Assembly: GCA_965248925.1 (NCBI GenBank)
Contig: CBDFLE010000006.1
Coordinates: 1,600,001-1,664,000, forward strand
Reading direction: 5' to 3'
Length of the DNA stretch: 64,000 nucleotides
DNA from: Candidatus Multivoradales bacterium
Lineage (GTDB): Bacteria; Acidobacteriota; Thermoanaerobaculia; Multivoradales; J023
Shown here: positions 59,728-64,000 of the stretch, in pieces
Layout of the letters: each line of letters begins with the position of its first letter
Position numbering within the stretch: position 1 is the stretch's first letter
Made by a program: the position numbers and the translations under genes
The notes under the pieces: model-generated
What the model saw: only the letters and a program-made list of their open reading frames with translations
Database searches by the model: none
Told to the model about the DNA's origin: nothing

Positions 59728-60624
59728 TGAGCGCAGACCCTGACCTAGAGCAAGGCGGAAGCCCAAGAAGTCGTAGCGGAGCGACGGGTGCCAGTAGTAG
59801 CGGTAAGCCGCACGCACGTAGCGAGCGTCGTAGTTCCACGCACCCCCGCGGATGACCCGGTTGGCGCCTTCTTCAGGGCCAGTTGGGTTTCTCTGCTCAA
59901 CCGACTCGTAGCCGCCATACCAGTCGTGGCACCATTCCCAGACATTGCCAAGCGTGTCGTAGAGCCCCCAGGGGTTAGCCTCCTTCTCAGCCACCAGCCG
60001 AGTCCCCGCCCGGTGGTGGGGATGTTGCTTCTCCGGCCAGTTTGAAGAATCTTCACCCTCCGTGAGATCAAAGTCGACGCCACTGTTGCCGCCATACCAA
60101 CCGATATCATGGAGTAGCGGAGCATCGTTCGCACCGACGATTTCCAGGTCGCCGGCGTAGGTCGCGGTCTCAGTACCGGCGCGGCAAGCGTGCTCCCACT
60201 CTGCTTCGCTGGGCAAACGAAGCTCTAGTGCCGAGACTCTCCGGTTGAGAACTTGCAAGAACTCCTGGCAATCTTGCCAGCTCACCTGTTCTACCGGCCG
60301 CTGGAGCGATACAAAGCGGCTCGGATTTTCGCCGTCCATGACCGCTAGCCAAAGTGCCTGCGTACAGGGGGTGTCGGCCAGCCAGAATCCCGCGGTCAGG
60401 GTGACTCGATGCCGAATTTCGTCGTCATCGCGGCCTTGTTCCTCCTCTGGCGAGCCCATCCAGAATCTACCGGGCCGAATCCACCGTAGACGTTGCTCCA
60501 CCCCACCTATTTCAAAAACCACAAAAACCCCGTACCGATCCTCGCCCCAGGCTGTGGCCCAGCTAGGCGGGTTCCCAGAAGAGAGTGGGTGGTCCAGGAA
60601 ATCAGCCATGGAATTGGGGATCAA
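59719..60624 (-). CDS. DGR target 1: stand-alone FGE-sulfatase (CLec-fold) protein
   Basis: FWMGSP, RLPSEAEWEHACRAG, NPWGLYDTLGNVWEWC, RVIRGGAW, GFRL; C-terminal VR. Confidence 0.93.
   Translation of the reverse strand: MIPNSMADFLDHPLSSGNPPSWATAWGEDRYGVFVVFEIGGVEQRLRWIRPGRFWMGSPEEEQGRDDDEIRHRVTLTAGFWLADTPCTQALWLAVMDGENPSRFVSLQRPVEQVSWQDCQEFLQVLNRRVSALELRLPSEAEWEHACRAGTETATYAGDLEIVGANDAPLLHDIGWYGGNSGVDFDLTEGEDSSNWPEKQHPHHRAGTRLVAEKEANPWGLYDTLGNVWEWCHDWYGGYESVEQRNPTGPEEGANRVIRGGAWNYDARYVRAAYRYYWHPSLRYDFLGFRLALGQGLRSGR
59745..59870 (-). repeat. DGR variable repeat VR1
   Basis: 126 bp; 11 differences from TR, all at TR adenines. Confidence 0.95.
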
Positions 60625-60771
60625 GAATCAGCCGCCGGTGAGCTTTCGCGGCTGCTGCTGCTGCCCTACTAACACACCGGCGGCCGTCACCATGTTTGCT
60701 GCCCACATAGCAAGGGTAAGCAGACTGGACGGCGGCCTGGTCAGTGGCGGGCACTGCGGCCCGCGTCTGCG

Positions 60772-60897
60772 CTAGAGCAAGGCGGAAGCCCAAGTTGTCG
60801 TTGCGGTTCGACGGGTGCCTGTAGTTGCGGTAAGCCGCACGCACGTTGCGTGCGTTGTTGTTCCACGCACCCCCGCGGATGACCCGGTTGGCGCCTT
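60772..60897 (-). repeat. DGR template repeat (TR)
   Basis: 126 bp with nine AAC codons (GANRVIRGGAWNNNARNVRAAYRNYRHPSNRNDNLGFRLAL), intergenic just downstream of the RT. Confidence 0.95.
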
Positions 60898-60929
60898 TTT
60901 GGCCGCGCCCGAGTTGGCAATCATATCGC

Positions 60930-61961
60930 CTAGGCATCAATGCTACCTCGCTGGACGAGTTCTTCGCGGCGCCAGGCTCGCGCCTCGGCATGCGCAGTCA
61001 CGGCATAGACAGAGGCATAGCCGGCCTGCAACTGCTGACCGTCGATCAGACCGGCAAGATAAGCGGTCTCGAAACGTCGCCTGGCAGTGGCATAGCGCCG
61101 CCGACGGCGGCGGGATAGCAGCAGCCGGTCGCCGAAGATCCGAAAGCCGAGCAGCGGCAGACCGCGGCAGCTTGGTTGGACCTGCCAGTGTGGCTTGATC
61201 GTCAGGTGCAGAGCCTGATCTGCATGTGCCACGGCCTGCTGAGCCGCCGCCCGCACAACGGCTGGGCTGTTCCCCCAGATCGCCACATCGTCCATGTATC
61301 GCACCATCGCAACACCTTGCCCCTCCAACAGAAGGCGATCGAGGCTTGCCAAGTAGAGGTTGGCGAAGTGCTGCGAAGTCAGCGCGCCGATGGGCAACCC
61401 TCGAAGCCCTTCTCTGGATCCTTGGTCAGTCGCCGGAGATAGATAGCTGGCGATGATCCGGTCGATCAAGTGCAGCGTTGCCGCACCCTTGATACGCCGC
61501 CTGAGCTGGGAGCGCAAGATAGCATGATCGATACTGGCAAAGTAGGCTCGCACGTCGAGCTTGACGAACCAACCATAGCGAGCCGTATGACACTGCGCCC
61601 GCTTTACAGCTGCCAGCGTACCCTTGCCCAGCCGGCAGGCAAATGTATCGTCCACCAGCAGTCGTTCGAGTACCGGGCCTACCCGGGCCATGAGCGCATG
61701 GTGAAGCACTCGCTCGCGAAAACAAGGCGCCTGGATAACTCGCCGCTTGGGATCATGAATGGTGAACGAACGCCTCGATCCGACCCGGACCCGTTGCTCT
61801 AGTATTTCGCGCCCGAGACGTGCCAGCTCTGACAGAAGATTCGCCTCGAAGGCCCGAACCTCCGGCTGCTGGCGCTTGCCCTTGGCGGCACGCCAAAACG
61901 CTGCACCGAGGTGTTCTAGCGAGGCAACATCCTCTAGTTGCACCAGCGCCCGCTTAGTCAT
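60930..61961 (-). CDS. DGR reverse transcriptase
   Basis: DPKRRVIQAPCFRERVLHHAL, FACRLGKG, KLDVRAYFASIDH, GLPIGALTSQHFANLYL (DGR-type GxxxSQ), RYMDD; ATG 61961 after GGAGG. Confidence 0.95.
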   Translation of the reverse strand: MTKRALVQLEDVASLEHLGAAFWRAAKGKRQQPEVRAFEANLLSELARLGREILEQRVRVGSRRSFTIHDPKRRVIQAPCFRERVLHHALMARVGPVLERLLVDDTFACRLGKGTLAAVKRAQCHTARYGWFVKLDVRAYFASIDHAILRSQLRRRIKGAATLHLIDRIIASYLSPATDQGSREGLRGLPIGALTSQHFANLYLASLDRLLLEGQGVAMVRYMDDVAIWGNSPAVVRAAAQQAVAHADQALHLTIKPHWQVQPSCRGLPLLGFRIFGDRLLLSRRRRRRYATARRRFETAYLAGLIDGQQLQAGYASVYAVTAHAEARAWRREELVQRGSIDA

Positions 61962-62430
61962 GCCGCCCCTCCTGGTCCGCGGCTGAATTCCAGGCGGCAC
62001 GCAGAGCCTCCACGAACGCGGCACCGTATTTCTCAGCCCGTTTGGCGCCCACTCCTGCCAATGCTTCCAGCTCACTGGGGGTCTGCATTCGCTGGCGCAC
62101 CATGGCAGCCAACTGCGCATTAGTGAAGACAGAATAGGGTGGTACGCCGTCTCGCTGCGCAAGCTCCTTACGGAGCTTTCTCAGCTCGGCAAAGACAGTG
62201 AAATCTGCGCTCGACAACACTTCTCTATAGTCGATCTTCCCTTTTCTGATCGCCGGAATTGCTGCTGAACTCTCCTGATAATTGATGCATAACGCCCAGA
62301 AAGCAGCCCCATCGCCCACTACTAGATGGCGCTTGACCGACAGCACCCGATGGCTGCCGAGAAAGGCATTCAGCTCCGCCTCGGCGGTATCGGGAGCGAG
62401 CGCCGGCACCCCGAAGAATTTCATCTTCAT
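61954..62430 (-). CDS. HRDC-domain DGR accessory protein
   Basis: ELNAFLGSHRVLSV..FWALCINY; KIDYREVLS..FAELRKLRKELAQRDGVPPYSVFTNAQLAAM..GVGAKRAEKYG; overlaps both the target 2 stop and the RT start. Confidence 0.88.
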   Translation of the reverse strand: MKMKFFGVPALAPDTAEAELNAFLGSHRVLSVKRHLVVGDGAAFWALCINYQESSAAIPAIRKGKIDYREVLSSADFTVFAELRKLRKELAQRDGVPPYSVFTNAQLAAMVRQRMQTPSELEALAGVGAKRAEKYGAAFVEALRAAWNSAADQEGRHD

Positions 62431-64000
62431 TTTTCCGCGGCCTCCGGCCGCGAAGGGTCGCGAAACGTACTCGCCCCTGGAATCTCTGCATCCGGAGGGC
62501 GCTCCGCGCCCGCGGGCTCCGCCCGCTCTGCTTGCGGCTCCGCCGCCTTGAGCGCACCCTGACCTAGAGCAAGGCGGAAGCCCAAGTAGCCGCTGCGGAG
62601 CGACGGGAGCCTGAAGCGGCGGTAAGCCGCACGCACGCCGCGTGCGAAGTCGTACCACGCACCCCCGCGGATGACCCGGCCGGCGCCTTCTCGTGGAACT
62701 CCGTAGCTAGCGCTCCAATGATCCTGACACCACTCTTCGACATTCCCTAACATGTCGAACAGTCCCCAGGGATTCGGAGGCTTCTCAGCAACTGGATGGG
62801 TCTCTCCCCCGCTATTGTGGTGGTACCAGGCGACTTTCTCGATTTCTGGTGCTCTACCTTCCTCATCGATTGTCAGCCCACCCTGGTAGGTTGCCGTCTC
62901 GGTGCCCGCGCGACAGGCGTACTCCCACTCGACTTCCAGAGGAAAGCGACATTCGAGGCCGGGATTCTGTTCGTGCAGCGTCTTGAAGAAGCTGTCGCAA
63001 TCTTCCCAGCTGATCTTCTCTACGGGGCGGTCGTCCGCGGGGAAGTTGCTTGGATTGTTGCCCATAACAACTTGCCACAGACGTTGGGTGCAGGGGGTAT
63101 CGGCCAACCAGAACCCGCGCCGGATCACTTCGAGATGGCGGGGCCCCTCATCGTCCCAACGACCGGGCTCATCTTCGGGAGACCCCATCCAATAGCGCCC
63201 TGGCGGAATCCAGCGCAGGCGTTGACTGACTCCCTTGACTTCGAATGAAGCCCACAGACCGAAGCGATCCCGGCCCATGGCACTCGCCCAAGGGGGACGG
63301 GTGACCTGGTGGAGGGTGGCCTCGGTGCGATCGGTGCGGAGGATCACAGCCGGTGCCGAAGGCAGAAGAATCTCAGTGGACTCTGAGAGCAGCACCGGCA
63401 CCGGTACGGCCTCGGGCTCGGCGCCCCCGACCACGCGGTCGACACTGTCAACCGCCGTCAAGAAGCTGCCAGGGGGAACCGTTCTGAGAGCCGGCGCAAA
63501 GCGAATCGACTGACAGTAGTGAAAGACCTGCCAGCGTTGCAGGCGACCCTGAGAATCACTAGGAGGAATCCGATCCGAACCTTCAGAAGTCGAGGCTTCG
63601 GCATCCCCCGTCGCCCTCCAGGCACGCCAGAGGTAGGGACGTAGCGATTCGTTCTGCCACAGGGAACTCGGATGCCGGTCGCGGAGCGCCCGGCCGGCGA
63701 AAGCACCTACCGCGTCGACTACCTCTTCGTCGGTGGCCCCGCCACCGTCGACGGTCTCAGCCACCCGGCGCCACAGCAAGTGGGCAGCACCGATCTCCGC
63801 CTCGCTGAGGGTGCCTGGCGGCAGCTCGGCTTCGCTGTCGAAGGCCAGGACCTCATCGAGCCAAATCTCCTTGGCCTTGCCTGCCCGCCACGCCCGCATA
63901 GTCTGCACCACGGCTGTCTTGAGGCGCGGCGCCAGGCGGCGAAACTTCTGCTGTAGCCGGGTTCTGAGCGGCCGCGCGAGGTCTGCTGAATCGGCCAGCC
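62427..64000 (-). CDS. DGR target 2: multidomain protein with C-terminal FGE-sulfatase (CLec) domain; N-terminus outside the window
   Basis: YWMGSP, EWEYACRAG, NPWGLFDMLGNVEEWC, RVIRGGAW, GFRL; the frame stays open from 63911 to the window end. Confidence 0.9.
   Translation of the reverse strand, partial: LADSADLARPLRTRLQQKFRRLAPRLKTAVVQTMRAWRAGKAKEIWLDEVLAFDSEAELPPGTLSEAEIGAAHLLWRRVAETVDGGGATDEEVVDAVGAFAGRALRDRHPSSLWQNESLRPYLWRAWRATGDAEASTSEGSDRIPPSDSQGRLQRWQVFHYCQSIRFAPALRTVPPGSFLTAVDSVDRVVGGAEPEAVPVPVLLSESTEILLPSAPAVILRTDRTEATLHQVTRPPWASAMGRDRFGLWASFEVKGVSQRLRWIPPGRYWMGSPEDEPGRWDDEGPRHLEVIRRGFWLADTPCTQRLWQVVMGNNPSNFPADDRPVEKISWEDCDSFFKTLHEQNPGLECRFPLEVEWEYACRAGTETATYQGGLTIDEEGRAPEIEKVAWYHHNSGGETHPVAEKPPNPWGLFDMLGNVEEWCQDHWSASYGVPREGAGRVIRGGAWYDFARGVRAAYRRFRLPSLRSGYLGFRLALGQGALKAAEPQAERAEPAGAERPPDAEIPGASTFRDPSRPEAAEK
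62436..62546 (-). repeat. Tandem GGA-triloop hairpins downstream of DGR VR2
   Basis: Sense strand: GCGGC-GGA-GCCGC, GCGGGC-GGA-GCCCGC, GGGCGC-GGA-GCGCCC, CGCGGCC-GGA-GGCCGCG. Confidence 0.85.
62564..62689 (-). repeat. DGR variable repeat VR2
   Basis: 126 bp; 17 differences from TR, all at TR adenines. Confidence 0.95.

Noticed and set aside
60602-60991. 129-aa ORF with an FGE-like C-terminal motif, a possible third DGR target
   Set aside because: It is the TR read in frame (Asn-rich AAC codons) and lacks the rest of the FGE domain.
1-64000. tRNA, rRNA, riboswitch or prophage genes
   Set aside because: None recognised by eye; a covariance-model search (tRNAscan-SE, Rfam) would be needed to exclude small RNAs in 56284-56680 or 36012-36490.

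Overview
GC-rich bacterial chromosomal window; gene style suggests Acidobacteriota, Thermoanaerobaculia-like (inference only). The left half (1-39 kb) is mixed housekeeping and accessory: a myxobacterial-type aibABC isovaleryl-CoA module behind a consensus sigma70 promoter, an ECF42/YciI pair, WS/DGAT, ThrE, an FHA enhancer-binding protein, a FadL-like porin, a DUF4262-Tdi1-MbtH fusion, a Ser/Thr kinase, a topoisomerase III-RecQ-HRDC fusion, an ECF/FecR/TonB-receptor set, and a MerR metal operon ending in an uncalled UGA-readthrough (Sec, UxxC) thioredoxin-like gene with a SECIS-like hairpin. The right half (39-64 kb) is a conflict island with two reverse-transcriptase systems. (i) A Cas6-RT-Cas1 fusion (one frameshift, no cas2 or effector genes in the window) with a 26-repeat type III-like array; 18 of 25 spacers start with TT and the trailer end is cut by an ISL3. 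(ii) A diversity-generating retroelement (target2-HRDC-RT-TR-target1) with two FGE/CLec targets differing from the 126-bp TR only at adenines (11 and 17 changes); each VR is followed by four C(GGA)G triloop hairpins with unrelated stems. An RHS toxin/immunity pair and several intact or decayed toxin-antitoxin modules are also present. Family assignments come from motif recognition, not database searches.
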